Source: Octopus bimaculoides
Taxonomy: Eukaryota
NCBI RefSeq assembly: GCF_001194135.2
Contig: NC_068996.1
Span: 7,261,831 to 7,325,830, forward strand
Reading direction: 5' to 3'
DNA length: 64,000 nucleotides
In this document: positions 11,971 through 24,969 of the stretch, in pieces
Layout of the letters: every line of letters begins with the position of its first letter
Numbering within the stretch: the first letter of the stretch is position 1
Program-made: the position numbers and the translations under genes
Notes under the pieces: generated by a model
Told to the model about the DNA's origin: nothing
Database searches by the model: none
Seen by the model: only the letters and a program-made list of their open reading frames with translations

Positions 11971-11972
<2 letters not shown>
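11600..11972 (+). mobile_element. Composite SINE: family B head with family A-type tail
   Basis: B head, then tail GCAAGCATGGAAAAGTGGACATTAAAATGATG; similar copies at 24210-24625, 41780-42080, 44880-45220 and 60500-60885. Confidence 0.65.
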
Positions 11973-12009
<37 letters not shown>

Positions 12010-12014
<5 letters not shown>

Positions 12015-12808
12015 AACACATAAGAGAGATGTCCATAATAGGACATCTAACCCGCTAGAAGGAGCAGTCAAACTCCAAACCACAATTAGGGATAATTTCG
12101 AAAGGGAATGAAAAATAAAAACATTTACCATTTATTTCCTGAACCATGGTTTCAAGCTATTTTCAGGAAAATGAAATAATGGACATCTCTCTTATGTGTT
12201 TAAATGTACACTGTATATATTTATATGAATAATATATAGTCTATTGACTAGGTTTTTCTTCTCACTAGACCACTGGCAAAAGGGTTTTCTAAAACTTTTT
12301 GCTACCCTGAGATTTACTAATAATGATAAATTGATTTTTTGGCTAATTTCTGGAAGAAAATCAGCATTTTTGTATTTGCTGCCAATAAGAAAACCGCACA
12401 TGCGCGGTAGATATGAAAAATTATAACATATAAGCACGAGGCATGTTCTATGTATTGCCTTGTGTTTATATGTTAATTTTGGCTTTCCTGCTGATGATAG
12501 CTGGCCTAGCAAATTATTTCATTTTGCTGAAAATAGCTTGAAACCTTGGTTCAGGAAATAGATGGTAAATGTTTTTATTTTTCATTCCCTTTTGAAATCA
12601 TCCCTAATTGTGGTTTAGAGTTTGACTGCTCCTTCTAGCGGGTTAGATGTCCTATTATGGACATCTCTCTTATGTGTTTAAATGTACACTGTATGTATTT
12701 ATATGAACAATATATAGTCTGTTGACTAGTTTTTTCTTCTCGCTAGACCACTGGTACCAAAAGGAATTTGTAAATTTTTTTTGCTACCCTGAGATTTATT
12801 AATAATGA
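12010..12808 (+). mobile_element. Non-autonomous Penelope-like/retrozyme-like element with direct and inverted repeats
   Basis: 171-bp inverted repeat 12010-12180 / 12513-12683; ~150-bp direct repeat 12179-12326 / 12657-12808 (period 478); TA runs at both ends; internal HHR; no plausible coding ORF. Confidence 0.7.
12484..12558 (+). ncRNA. Type I hammerhead ribozyme motif with extended stem II
   Basis: Stem I TTTCCTG/CAGGAAA (7 bp), core CTGATGA, stem II AGCT/AGCT plus apical AGCAAA/TTTGCT, GAAA, stem III ACC-TT-GGT, GUU site at 12551; T-T mismatch at the 10.1/11.1 pair. Confidence 0.65.
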
Positions 12809-13566
12809 CATATATATATGCATACACAACAACAAAGCCATTTATGGCTCAGCCAGTATGTTGTTGTCAAATGTTTCAATAATCTAATAATTTCATTATA
12901 AAAATGTTGTCGCTGCCATTAGTGAAAGACTATCAGCTAGCTTTCAGCTACGGGTCACTTACTTGATTCTGTGTCCATTTATGTGAACACATGAATCAAT
13001 TATAGAAATGCATTCTATTATCGAGACATCACAAACCACTCTTCTTTATGTTGCAATGGTTTAACTCAGATGAACAATAGTATTATTAAATTGATACAAC
13101 TGCATAATGTCATAAAGGTTATGCAATATTATTGATTGCGACAATCAATAATTTAGATATCAATATGATCAAAAACAATGGTGATTGATGTAGTTTGACT
13201 TTCATAGGCTGGACAGTGGTACTGGGAAGATAGATACAAGGGATTATATAGCAGAATATGTACCAAAGAAGAGTAAATAACATAGCTGACACACTAGTGG
13301 ACAATCAAGGGAATAACAGGTGCTTGATGTGACATTTGAATTCACCACCTGTCATGTGTAGATGGCTTGAAGAGACCACCTGTCATGTATGGGGAGGATG
13401 AAAGTTCTGTCAACATTATTTTCAATAGGAAAGTGCTGTTTTGAAACTCCTAGATATCTAGTTTTGTGAGTGTAAAGCTTTTACTACAAGTGACCTTTCA
13501 GAATAGCAACTGGGAGCAATGGGATGATTAATTACTATCATTATAATAAAGGGTTTGCGTGTGCAT

Positions 13567-13610
<44 letters not shown>

Positions 13611-13721
13611 TCACACACACACACCATTGTTTTTCTACTCTCACTTTCCCATGCTTGCATGGGTCAGACAGAATTCATTAAGGCAGATTTTCTGCACTCT
13701 GTTGCTCTTCCTGTCATCATG

Positions 13722-13753
<32 letters not shown>

Positions 13754-13836
13754 TTCTGTGAGAGTTAGAGGTTGGGAAACCAACCAACTAAGGGATAGTG
13801 CCTATCCAATATATATATATATATATATCATCATCA

Positions 13837-14177
13837 NNNNNNNNNNNNNNNNNNNNNNNNNNNNNNNNNNNNNNNNNNNNNNNNNNNNNNNNNNNNNNNN
13901 NNNNNNNNNNNNNNNNNNNNNNNNNNNNNNNNNNNNNNNNNNNNNNNNNNNNNNNNNNNNNNNNNNNNNNNNNNNNNNNNNNNNNNNNNNNNNNNNNNNN
14001 NNNNNNNNNNNNNNNNNNNNNNNNNNNNNNNNNNNNNNNNNNNNNNNNNNNNNNNNNNNNNNNNNNNNNNNNNNNNNNNNNNNNNNNNNNNNNNNNNNNN
14101 NNNNNNNNNNNNNNNNNNNNNNNNNNNNNNNNNNNNNNNNNNNNNNNNNNNNNNNNNNNNNNNNNNNNNNNNNNNNN
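13837..14177. other. Assembly gap
   Basis: N run. Other gaps: 1535-1544, 3890-3910, 44643-44652, 48905-49004, 52763-53273, 59059-59116, 61832-61963, 62614-62623. Confidence 1.
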
Positions 14178-14232
14178 ATACTTACACTCTGGCGGGTATT
14201 CACATTGACATTACACATCCAACGGAGCATCA
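14178..14232 (-). mobile_element. RTE-type LINE RT-downstream fragment, cut by gap
   Basis: Translates MLRWMCNVNVNTRQSVSI, an RTE-like motif. Confidence 0.55.
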
Positions 14233-14408
14233 TCATCATTTAACGTCTGCTTTCCATGCTAGTATGGGTTGGACGATTTGACTGAGGACTGGTGAAATTG
14301 GATGGCAACACCAGGCTCCAATCTAATTTGGCAGAGTTTCTACAGCTGGATGCCCTTCCTAACGCCAACCACTCAGAGAGTGTAGTGGGTGCTTTTACGT
14401 GTCACCTG
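14228..14408 (-). mobile_element. SINE family A 3' part
   Basis: Homologous to 136-316. Confidence 0.8.
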
Positions 14409-14756
14409 CATATATATATATATATATATATATGAGGGGGAGGTTGTGGTAAGAAGTTTGCTTCCCAACCACATGGTAATAGGTTATGTCTCTCTGCATG
14501 GCACTTTGGTCAGTTGTACTTTATTAAACAAACAAAGATGGTCATGCTTAATTAAAGTTGAGCAGAATTAAAACAACAACAAAACTAATTTTGAGACTTT
14601 TTCCCCCACCATTTTTCTTTTGCAACTGCAGATCTTGAAGCACATATAGCATGTAAATATTGGTTTGAAAATCCCTTTTAGATAGAAAAAGTTAAAAGGT
14701 TCCCATGGGACTCAAATCCACATCTACAAAATAAAATTTTTGTTGGTAAGAATAAA

Positions 14757-14995
14757 GTTTCTTATTTCTTTATTGCCCACAAGGGGCTAAACATAGAGGG
14801 GGCAAACAAGGACAGACAAAGGGATTAAGTCGATTACATCGACCCCAATGCGTAACTGGTACTTAATTTATCAACCCTGAAAGGATGAAAGGCAAAGTCG
14901 ACCTCGGCGGAATTTGAACTCAGAACTTAACGGCAGACGAAATACTGCTAAGCATTTTACCCAGTGAGGTAACGTTTCTACCAGCTCACCGCCTT
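14757..14995 (-). mobile_element. SINE family C1 with 20-bp TSD
   Basis: TSD TTGGTAAGAATAA(A/C)GTTTCT at 14743-14762 and 14994-15013. Confidence 0.85.
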
Positions 14996-15039
14996 GGTAA
15001 GAATAACGTTTCTAAAATGGATATATTTGAAGGATTGCT

Positions 15040-15102
15040 TTAGCCCAGTGGTAGAATGCCTGCCTTGTCCATAGGAAGTGTAGGTTCAAGTCCCACTGTC
15101 AT
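15040..15102 (+). pseudogene. tRNA-like relic
   Basis: A-box TAGCCCAGTGG and B-box GGTTCAAGTCC at tRNA spacing; stems degenerate. Confidence 0.4.
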
Positions 15103-16202
15103 TGATTTTTTTCTATTTAAAAGGTTTTCTAACCAAATATTTATTTGCTGATTATAGCTTTGTGTGCTTCCAGATCCATTTCTTCTAATAAGAGATTATT
15201 TCATGTTCTCTCAAAAGTTTATAATTTTAAGATAATCTTTTGTTCCCATGACACTCTACAATGGATCTGTTTTTACTTTTTTCTTTTTTTTTTATCATGT
15301 CATCTTTATATAACTTGTAACATGTTCTAAATATAAGAAATTGAGATCTCAATGTGGTTGTTTAAATCTATTAGAAATAATTGTCTATCTCCCTCAAACC
15401 ACATATTAATCTTTAAAACATTTGATAATGCAGTCTGGGGACAATAACTGTGTTTGAGATAAAAAATAAAATGAGGTGGTTATGAGTGAAATAATTTTTG
15501 ATCATGAATTTGCTAGAATATGGCTGATTTGGGGCTAAATGACAACAATTTATGTAATAAAAACAAACTTCCTGCTTCTTGTAATGAATCTATCCAATCA
15601 GAATGAAAAATAATTAAAAAATAAAACAGTAAACACCTCTACCATCAGCACTACTACTATCATAATAACTATAATAACTATGATGGCAATTAATAATAAT
15701 TAAAAATAATATATCTTCATTATCAATAATAAAGAATATAATTATCTCATTGATGGTAGTGCTTCCTTAATTGGAAGCTTATTTAGGCATGTTAAAGTTA
15801 ATGACAGCTGTATAAAATCCATTTTCTCATAGTGGTGCCGGCATGGCTATGTGGTTAAGAGCTGTGCTGTTGTGTGGTTTTGGGTTCAGTCCTACTGTAT
15901 GGCACCTTGGACAAGTGTTTTCTCTTATAGCTTCTGGACAACCAAAGTCTTGCAAGTCTAATTTGGTGGGCTAAAATTGTGTAGAAGCTTGTTATATATA
16001 TAATTAATCAACATTTGAAGTAAAAGCAACTCTAGTGCAATAAATATTATTAAATACATATGCTAATGTATATGCATTGTGTGTTTTCTGGTGGCTGCAA
16101 TGGCATAATGAAATATATAACTCCCATGTCACCAGTGTTAAAACACCTTAGGATCATGGGCAAGTAAGATAACTCAGCTTCAGCCCCATTTGGGAATGAT
16201 GG

Positions 16203-16244
16203 ACATTGATGTTTCACCATTTTTGTGGCTTGTCAGCATTATGC
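16203..16244 (-). ncRNA. Decayed hammerhead core
   Basis: CTGACAA GCCA-CAAAAA-TGGT GAAA CATC; restoring three CpG sites gives a canonical core; stem I poor. Confidence 0.3.
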
Positions 16245-16567
16245 ACTCTCATAGGTTGAAGGCAGGTCACCTAGCCAGTCCATGACTCTTATGTTCATAG
16301 CTTGTAAAATCATGAGCTGGTATGCCTGGAAATTGCATACCTAAGAGAAAATTTACATATGAAGTAGTTAATATTTATAATTAATCAAACTTCAGAGAAT
16401 TGAGAGGTAAAATAATTATACTGTATGTTTATAGCCATTTCATAATCTCTATACAGTTACATCATTGATGCTAAAATCATCCTACACACTTATAAGCATA
16501 TAAAGTATACATATAGAGCTTACCATGAGTTTTATTTGATTCCAGGATTCCTTATTACTGTTATATA

Positions 16568-16631
<64 letters not shown>

Positions 16632-17642
16632 TTTTGTATTGGCTTGTGAGATCTGTTCAAAGAATTATGCTGAATAAAACTGAATGCAAATTTGATTAAT
16701 GTCACTACGCAATGTCTAATAAAACAGTTTTACTATTTCTTTTTTTCTTATGATATTTCAATGTTAAAAAAACTTTTCAAATAATATTGTGGAAGAAGAT
16801 AGAAAAAAAAAATCCCAAAATCTGTAATTCTTGACAGTTGAGGCAGAACTCTAACATGTTTGAATTGAAATGATGCAAAGCTATCCATAGATCTTTTTTT
16901 AGTTCTTCATCACCCGCAGTTCCTGTTCAAATGAAATGAAGAAGTAGCTACTATTGTAAGACAAACAAAGTATTTTATTTATAAAATCACATTGTCACAG
17001 CTTTAAAATGTCTGGTTCCATACATCACAATACTTCAAGCAGATTTCACAAGCAAGTTTTAAAAAAATATATTTTACATACAAGATAACACTGAGATGGA
17101 ATTTTGAAAGATTCAGTGAGAAGCATTATTAACAGTCATCTAACAACATCTGAGAAGACTAATTTGGAAATAACAAATTGTTTTTATCCTACTGTAAAAA
17201 TTGATTCTTACTACAAAGCTTATAAACTGTGTTAATTATTTCTGTATATAATTCAAGTTAGCACACCAATTCAGTGTTTATTTTTCTTAAGCATTTTTAT
17301 CCAGCAGTATTGGTAAAATATACACTTCACTGAAGAGATTTTAATAAGACTGAAACATATCCTAAGTTGTCACCCACCTGCCAAGATCAGAATTACTTAC
17401 TACTCACTGCCTACATTGCATTTGTAGTTACTTTTTATTAATGAAAATTTCTGGACAAAAAAGGAATGAAATTTTAATGAAACTAACGATTATTCGCTTT
17501 TATTAAAACAGAAATTCTGATTAAAAACATTTTGTCGCACAAAATTAAATATATTAATGCCAATTTGACTGTTTAAGACAAAGGTTTAATTCATGATGGT
17601 TTTTACCTTAACTTGTATCAAAAACTTACATATCCATTTAGG

Positions 17643-17799
17643 TGCTGGTGTGGCTATGTAGTAAGAAGCTTGCTTCCCAAGCACATGGTTCTGAGTTCAG
17701 TTCCCTTGCATAGCACCTTCGGCAAGTGTCATGGGCTGACCAAAGCTTTGTGAGTGGATTTGGCAGACAGAAAACTGAAAGAAGCCCATCATGTATATA

Positions 17800-17830
<31 letters not shown>

Positions 17831-18120
17831 ACACATATATTTCCCCCATTCTAGCATGGAACACGAACATTAAATGATGATGGTGATGATTTCTGTATGT
17901 GTCTTTGTGGCTATGTTTGTCCCCACCCCCCACCATCACTTTTCAACTGATGTTAGTATGTTTACATCCCCATAACTCACCAGTTCAGCAAAAGAGACCA
18001 AAAAAATTAGTATTAGTCTTAGAAAGAATAAGTGCTGGGGCTGATTTCTTTGACTAAAATCCAAGGTGATGTTCCAGCATGGCCACAGTCAAGACTGAAA
18101 GAAGTAAAAGGATAAAAGAA
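17643..18120 (+). mobile_element. SINE family B, diverged, with a family A tail remnant in the linker
   Basis: B head, (GT)n and B tail motifs. Confidence 0.75.
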
Positions 18121-18401
18121 CTATAGCTTCAAACTTTTTTTAATTACTATTCTTTTCTTTATCTTCAATATAATAATTCTACCTTTCTTGATACATTTAT
18201 TAACTCCATTTTAAAATTTTTTCTTCAATTTCCTATCCCTATTTAGTTAATTATCACAATCTTTAATTTCTATTTTAGCTTGCAATTAAATATTTCAACT
18301 TGCAATTAAATATTACACAAAGTCTATAAGTATAATTTTCTTTTTAAATTTAGGCTTTACAATCATTTTTGAAAATGGAATTAGTTGAATGGATTCTTTA
18401 A

Positions 18402-18803
18402 CCTTTTTGACACCTACTCACATGTGCCTGCCTTTAGTTCTCTCAGATAAAACCTCAAAATTTTTTAAATGCTCATATTTACATAAAAACATTTCATCAT
18501 AGCTTAGTTTTTTTTTTGTTTTATTTTTGTGGGGTAAGTACATAAAACTAAGTTCTAGGCTTTAGATTAATCATGAAAAAATAAGGGCTATTTTACTAAT
18601 ACTTTTGTCATTATACTTATGTTGAAATATTTCTTTTGTTTAACTTTGAAAATCATGAATTTAGTAGAATAACTTTAACATTAAGCTGGTCTCTGGAGTA
18701 TAAATTAACATGAAATTTTGATCAGTTTTAATTAAGATCATTTTAAGGCCGGAAGTTTGTATCACAGATCCAGGAGTGGTCTTGTGTATTGGTATTAAAA
18801 GGG
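18402..18803. mobile_element. piggyBac-like MITE, second family
   Basis: TTAA-CCTTTTTGACACC ... GGTATTAAAAGGG-TTTA. Confidence 0.5.
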
Positions 18804-19811
18804 TTTAATTAAACATTACATCAGTTTTCTGTAAGAACTTTTTAAACTAAAGTTCCAAAGAGAACTTAATAAGGAAAAAAAATGGGTTATTTTACTATAC
18901 TCTTCCAAATTCTTGATTATGTTAAAAAAAAAAAAAAGCTAAAATACTATAGGCAATGTACATCCAAGTATTTTTGCATAAATTATTGGAAATCGTTGTT
19001 TTGAAACAGTCTTCCCAGTTCAAACTATTCAACTGTGAAATAACTAAAACACATATCTAACCTTTGGTCTTTTGGTAGGCTGATAAAATTTAAGCATCAT
19101 GTCTTGTTTATCATTACAATGTAATGATGAAGAAAATTTAATTTCAGAAGCACAAGTTCATACTATGACCTTAACTTCATGTCTCTTTTAGTGTCAATCT
19201 CGAATTCTTACATTCTCAGACATTCCAAATTGATTCTTAACACAATCCAATAGATTACATTCAAACATTTATCTTTTCTAGATACTTTCAACATTTTTAC
19301 CAATAAGAGAAAAGTATTCGTTTCTATTGACCAGGAATATAATAATTGGTTCGCATCATGAATAGAATTGATTAAAGAGAGAAATGGTAACAACAGTAAT
19401 GATGATAATAGTGGTGGAGATATAATGTCTGCGAATGATAAATATCAATGTGATGATGCATATGGAAGTGTTACATGAAAAACAGAAATAAAACTAAAGT
19501 ACATGAGCATTACACACGCACATACCTACAACAACAGACGTCATTTAAGAATTTTATGAAGGAAAGCAATAACTGTGGGAAGAGGAGGAGGAGGAGGAGG
19601 TTATAAAGTTCAAGTAGTTTATTTCTCTCTTTCTTCCTTTTCTTTTCTCTCTCCCTCTTTTATTCTTTTCTCTTTCTTTTCACTCTTTTCTCTCTAAGTA
19701 TTCATCTATGTCATGTATGTCTCTTTATGTCTGTTTGTCTCTGTTGCAAAGACTGATTTCTCTAATGCTTCTACCATTACTGCAATGAATTCATCCGATG
19801 GCGGAACTTCT

Positions 19812-19995
19812 ACATGGTTGCTTGACCTGCTAGAAATAGCAAGTAAATCTAAAATCATTATCTACTTTTCCCCCCACCTTTTAAAGAATGAGAGGGCACA
19901 TTGAATAAAATTCAGGTTGGGTACAGGGAAGATGAGATGGTCACCACATCAACACCTTTGATAGATAGGTCCACTTTCTCAGGAGCTAAATAACT
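19812..19995 (+). repeat. Interspersed repeat family F (CCTGCTAGAAATAGC...CTAAACAAC)
   Basis: Related copies at ~20170-20310, 26640-26830, 54650-54815, 54865-55035 and 62645-62830. Confidence 0.55.
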
Positions 19996-20508
19996 GTTGC
20001 TATAAACTTGCCAAATTTGGTATTGTTTCCTCCCCTTAACATCTTTAATGCATTTGTTCTGCCACCCCTTCCCTCAATTCTCCCTCCATGTCTTAACCAC
20101 CCTATTATTCCTCACCTCTTAAACCCTTCTTGTGTAAATGTAGTTTCTACGAACAAGGGAGTTTCTATGAAGTCTTGCTAGAAATAGTCAAAAATCTCCC
20201 TTAAATTGCACCTTACTGTCTTAAATACATTAACCAGTGGGATGGCTACAGTTAGAAGGCCTTTTAATTATAGGTTTCCTGGATTAGGGTTGAGTTGAGG
20301 AGCATCACCCAAATCAATGGTTTATGCAATATTATAGAAAATTATAGTTGTGTAACTATAAAAATACACAGTATTATAATATTTGGGTAATGGTCAATAA
20401 ATACCAGTCATAAACTGAGGTAGTTGATTTAATCGAGAATGTTTCACATTTATGAGTTTTATTCTGTAGTGATTCTATGTTGTGTCAAGGTATGCTATAT
20501 TTTACTGG

Positions 20509-20809
20509 TTAATTATTAATTTCATTTCCACTTATGAATACATGATTATAATTTCTGTAAGCTGTGTGGCTCTCTTGTAGAGAAGAACTAAGTTTATCAT
20601 ACTTCAGCTGGTTTTTGAATACAAGACATTTAGTTGAATTGACACTGCAAATAATAGGCATTTTTCTGTTCCTTGAAGTTACCGATTCTGATTTATTAGG
20701 ATCACACACATACAGGTACAAATGCACACGCATGAAATCAATTCCTGGACATTGGTCGTATGTTGTCACTTTGGAATTTATTGCATTCGTTAAGTGTTCT
20801 CCTATAGCC
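20509..20809 (-). CDS. Candidate terminal coding exon of an unidentified gene
   Basis: Acceptor TCATCTTTCTTCTGCTCAG|G with an in-frame stop just upstream; non-repetitive 99-aa frame AIGEHLTNAINSKVTTYDQCPGIDFMRVHLYLYVCDPNK...GNEINN*; phase 2. Confidence 0.45.
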
Positions 20810-21193
20810 CTGAGCAGAAGAAAGATGATTTCAGTTTACACAGCATTCATTATTTCAAGACATATTAAGGCTGTAAACAGATATTCAAGTGGTGTTATTC
20901 ATATCTGGTCTTCTATGAAAACCTGTCCAGCCATGGATGAATATGGAAAGAGCTAAGTAATATTTCAACAGGAATAGCATCTAGCTGTACAAAATCTGCT
21001 TTAGTGAATTCATTCTAACTTATGCAATCATAGAAAAGTGGACATTAAGATGACAATATTATAGAAGGGCAATGGATTAGGTGAATTAGTGGGTTTAAGG
21101 ATTGTGCTGTAGCTAGTAAAAGAGCAAGGGGAGTGATTGCTCCTACGCTGCACATTTTTCCAAATAGGTACCTTTTATAAAATGTATAATCAT

Positions 21194-21610
21194 AGGCATA
21201 GGAGTGGCTGTGTGGTAAGTAACTTGCTTACCAACCACATGGTTCCGGGTTCATTCCCACTGCGTGGCACCTTGGGCAAGTGTCTTCTACTATAACCTCG
21301 GGCCAATCAAAGCCTTGTGAGTGGATTTGGTAGACGGAAACTGAAAGAAGCCTGTCGTATATATGTATATATATATGTATGTATGTGTGCGTATATGTTT
21401 GTGTATCTGTGTTTGTCCCCACCAACATCGCTTGACAACCGATGCTGGTGTGTTTACATCCCCGTAACTTAGCATTTCGGCAAAAGAGACCGATAGAATA
21501 AGTACTAGGCTTCCAAAGAATAAGTCCTGGGGGCGATTTGCTCGACTGAAGACAGTGCTCCAGCATGGCCACAGTCAAATGACTGAAACAAGTAAAAGAG
21601 TAAAAGAGTA
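21194..21610 (+). mobile_element. SINE family B, near full length
   Basis: tRNA-like head (GTGGCTGTGTGG, GGGTTCATTCCC), CORE-like GGCACCTTGGGCAAGTG, (TA/GT)n linker, GTAAAAGA tail repeats. Confidence 0.9.
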
Positions 21611-22087
21611 ATCAGTGAGTTAAAAATTGTTTGGTCTGTGTCATGGTGCCTTTTTTTATGTGCTCACTCCCTCCCAACTTTAGAACCAGACTACGCCCCT
21701 GGCTGTGAATAAACTGCAGTGTGGTACTTAGTTTTATAATACTGTAGATTTGAAGAATGCTATTGATTAGAAGTCATTGGTTTTAGTTCAAGGATAAAAC
21801 ATGCTGTTAGCTTTCCTTGATTATATCAGCATGTACCATGCTTTTGCTAATAATTTTTATCATTCAAACCAGAATGATAATAACAAAGTTTACCTCAGCA
21901 GGATTTGATGTCAGAGCACAGAGCCAGAAGAAATATCACTGTACATTGTATTTGATACTGTCATGACTCAGCTAATCATATGCACACATGCACACACACA
22001 AACATGTGCACACATGCACACAAGCATATGCACACATATATTAACACATGTACATAGACATGCACACATATATTCTAACATATACAT

Positions 22088-22124
<37 letters not shown>

Positions 22125-22330
22125 ACACATGTATATGCACATATATAAATGCACATGTGTACAGACACACGCACAAAGAACAAGTTCATGCCAGCTGCAT
22201 TAATTTGCTTTAATTTATAGCTTGGTAAATTCCAGAAAAACTTTTAATGCACTAATTATAAACATCAACTTAAATGCTCTGGCACGACACATCATTCATT
22301 TTAATCACTTATATATATATGTATATATAT

Positions 22331-22713
22331 TCTTCTACTCTTTTATTTATTTCAGTCATTTGACTTTGGAGCATCACTTTTAGTTGAACAAATCTACCCC
22401 AAGACTTATTCTTTGTAAGCTTAGTTCTTATTCTATCGGTATCTATTGCTGAACTGCCAAGTTAAGGGGATGTAAACACACCAGCATCAGTTGTCAAGCA
22501 ATGGTAGGGGGACAAACACAAACACACAAACGTATATATATATATATATATGACAGGCTTCTTTTAGTTTCCGTCTACTTAATCCACTCACAAGGCTCTG
22601 GTCAGCCTGAGGCTATAGTTGAAGACACTTGCCCAAGGTTCCACACAGTGAGACTGAACCCAGAATCATGTGGTTCGTAAGCAAACTACTTACCACACAG
22701 CCACTCCTGTGCC
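22331..22713 (-). mobile_element. SINE family B, full length, inverted relative to 21194
   Basis: Reverse-complement homology along its whole length. Confidence 0.85.
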
Positions 22714-24929
22714 ACCATTCTGTGGTATTCCAAGATGGCTTTAACAGTAATGGCTAACAAAGACTTGAGAATATATCTATGAAGCATGCTGATTACATCT
22801 TCCACAAATGATTCTGTCTGATTTGTTTACTCATTTACTTTTTTTATGTAACAGACATATATAGCTGTGTGTGGTTGAGAAATTGATCTTAAAAGGATAA
22901 AAAGCAAAGTCAATCTAGGCAGAATTTGAACTCAGAATGTAAACCTGGAAAAAATGCTGCTAAGTATTTTGTCTGGCATGCTAATGATTCTGCCAGCCCC
23001 CTTCCTTCAGTAATAATAATTTCTATTTTTGGCACAATCACAAACTTGAATAAAGTATAATTAATACTGGTGCCAGTTGTGTTATTTTATAAATTCTTAG
23101 TTTTTTTTTTTGTTGTTTTTACAGAGTTGTTAATGAATAATCATGTCATTTGTAGGTTTCCAGTCAACCAATCATTGCTTCACTATATTTCTGTTGACAA
23201 GGGAGTGTATATAACTTGATGGATTTAGTTTGAAGAGCTCTTTTTTTTCCTGTTTTTTATCACTTCTTTACAAATACATTGTACAAAACAAACATACATA
23301 CTTAGACACATATATATACACCATCACAAGAATCCTCCCCTACAATCCTGGCTTTTCATTCTTAATTGCAGTCCAGTCATCAGTCAACAATAGCTGAAGC
23401 CAATTGGCCAATAAAATCCTATGTGGCAGGCACACAATATTTGGCCTTTGGTTGACCCAAGATTACAACTACATCAAAGAGGCAACCTGTTAAAAGACAT
23501 GCTTGAGAAATGGTGACCACCCTTGTTCACCATCCAGAAATTTCTGAGGTTACTTCAGCCTCAGTTCACGCATGTACATCTTTACCCATAACATACCTGA
23601 GTCCTGGTTTTTTCCTGATGGCTAATGACCTGGAGGTAGTTAAGCAGGTGACTTTACTGTCAAGCTGTTTTTAAGTGTGCATATTTGCATCGTTAAATTT
23701 CAGTTCTGACATATGTTAAGTAAAGAATAAATGGAACAGTTCATTTAGTATATGTTTGGTCAACTGAGTTTTGTAGTTCCCCCAAACTTCAGTTGTATAC
23801 ATCCATATACATTCTAATATATTTCTGATTACGAGTAAACAGGGTATTCTATTTGTGTGTATGATCGATCAAAGGGCTGACTGAATGAAACTGTAGTCTA
23901 AGAATATAATATCTGTTTATGTAACATCAAAGACAACACAGACATCTGTTAGTATAAGTCAGCAGTGCATAGGCCACTTTTACTTTGAAATGCTAGACTT
24001 ATGCACTCACCTCATATGTGGGAATTTCACAGCAAATTTTGTAAACATTTTGTTATGGTCCTTGCTAGAACTCTGACAGCTGCTGCCTTCTTTTTTCATA
24101 ATACCTTCTTGGTTTGTATTGTTTAAGCAATCAACTCACTCAGTGTTCATCTCTTGGAGAATGGTGAAGCTACTGAAGAGTATATCTGTGTTCATGTTGT
24201 TTTAATTTTAGCAGGCATAGCTGTGTGGTTAAGGAGTTTGCTTCCCAACCGTATAGTCTCAAATTCAGTTCCATAGCATGGCACCTTGGGCAAGTATCTT
24301 CTTACATAGCTCTGAGTTGACCAATGCCTTGTGAGTGCATCAAACTGACAAAAGCTCTTGGCATATAAGTACATGTGTATGTGTTGTGAGTGTGAATGTC
24401 TGTTTCACCATGTCTTCATGTAGAGTTTAACATCGTGTAAAGTTTTAAATGAATGTCATTCATTTCCAATGTTCTTCGAAAATACATCTAACCACGAATA
24501 AAATATATTACTTGGAAACAAGTAATGATTAGCAACAGGAAAGGTATCCTGATGTAGAAAATTTACTTCAATAAACCCCATCCAACCCATGCAAGTATGG
24601 AAAAGTGGACATTAAACTGATGCTAATGTTGAATAAACAGCAGGAAAGAGCCATAACTTGCTGGTCCGATTTCATGTCTTGTACATTGGAAAGAACCTAG
24701 CTTCTTTTTCTCACTGTATATCATTCTTCAGGTACATGCTTTAAAGAACTGCACAGTTCATTAGGAATGCATCATTAAGTGTAGTAGCAATGGTGCAGTA
24801 ATCTTGGTGCAGCAACATTGCGTTGATATATTTGCCACCATTTTTGATGAACTTGTGAAAAATATTCGATAAGGTTAAACTACTTTCACTATTTACTATT
24901 GATTTCAGCTTGTCTTGATTTTAGAAGAG

Positions 24930-24969
<40 letters not shown>

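Noticed and set aside
19281-19478. Plus-strand frame interrupted by one TGA (possible Sec, readthrough or editing)
   Set aside because: Downstream part is a decayed AAT/GAT repeat; no SECIS or homology evidence.
19700-19904. Exon-like frames on both strands (SSNHVEVPPSDEF... / TDFSNAST...)
   Set aside because: Splice signals lie inside repeat family F; strand cannot be resolved.
20564-20956. 130-aa plus-strand ORF
   Set aside because: Antisense shadow of the better-supported minus exon; no splice or start context.
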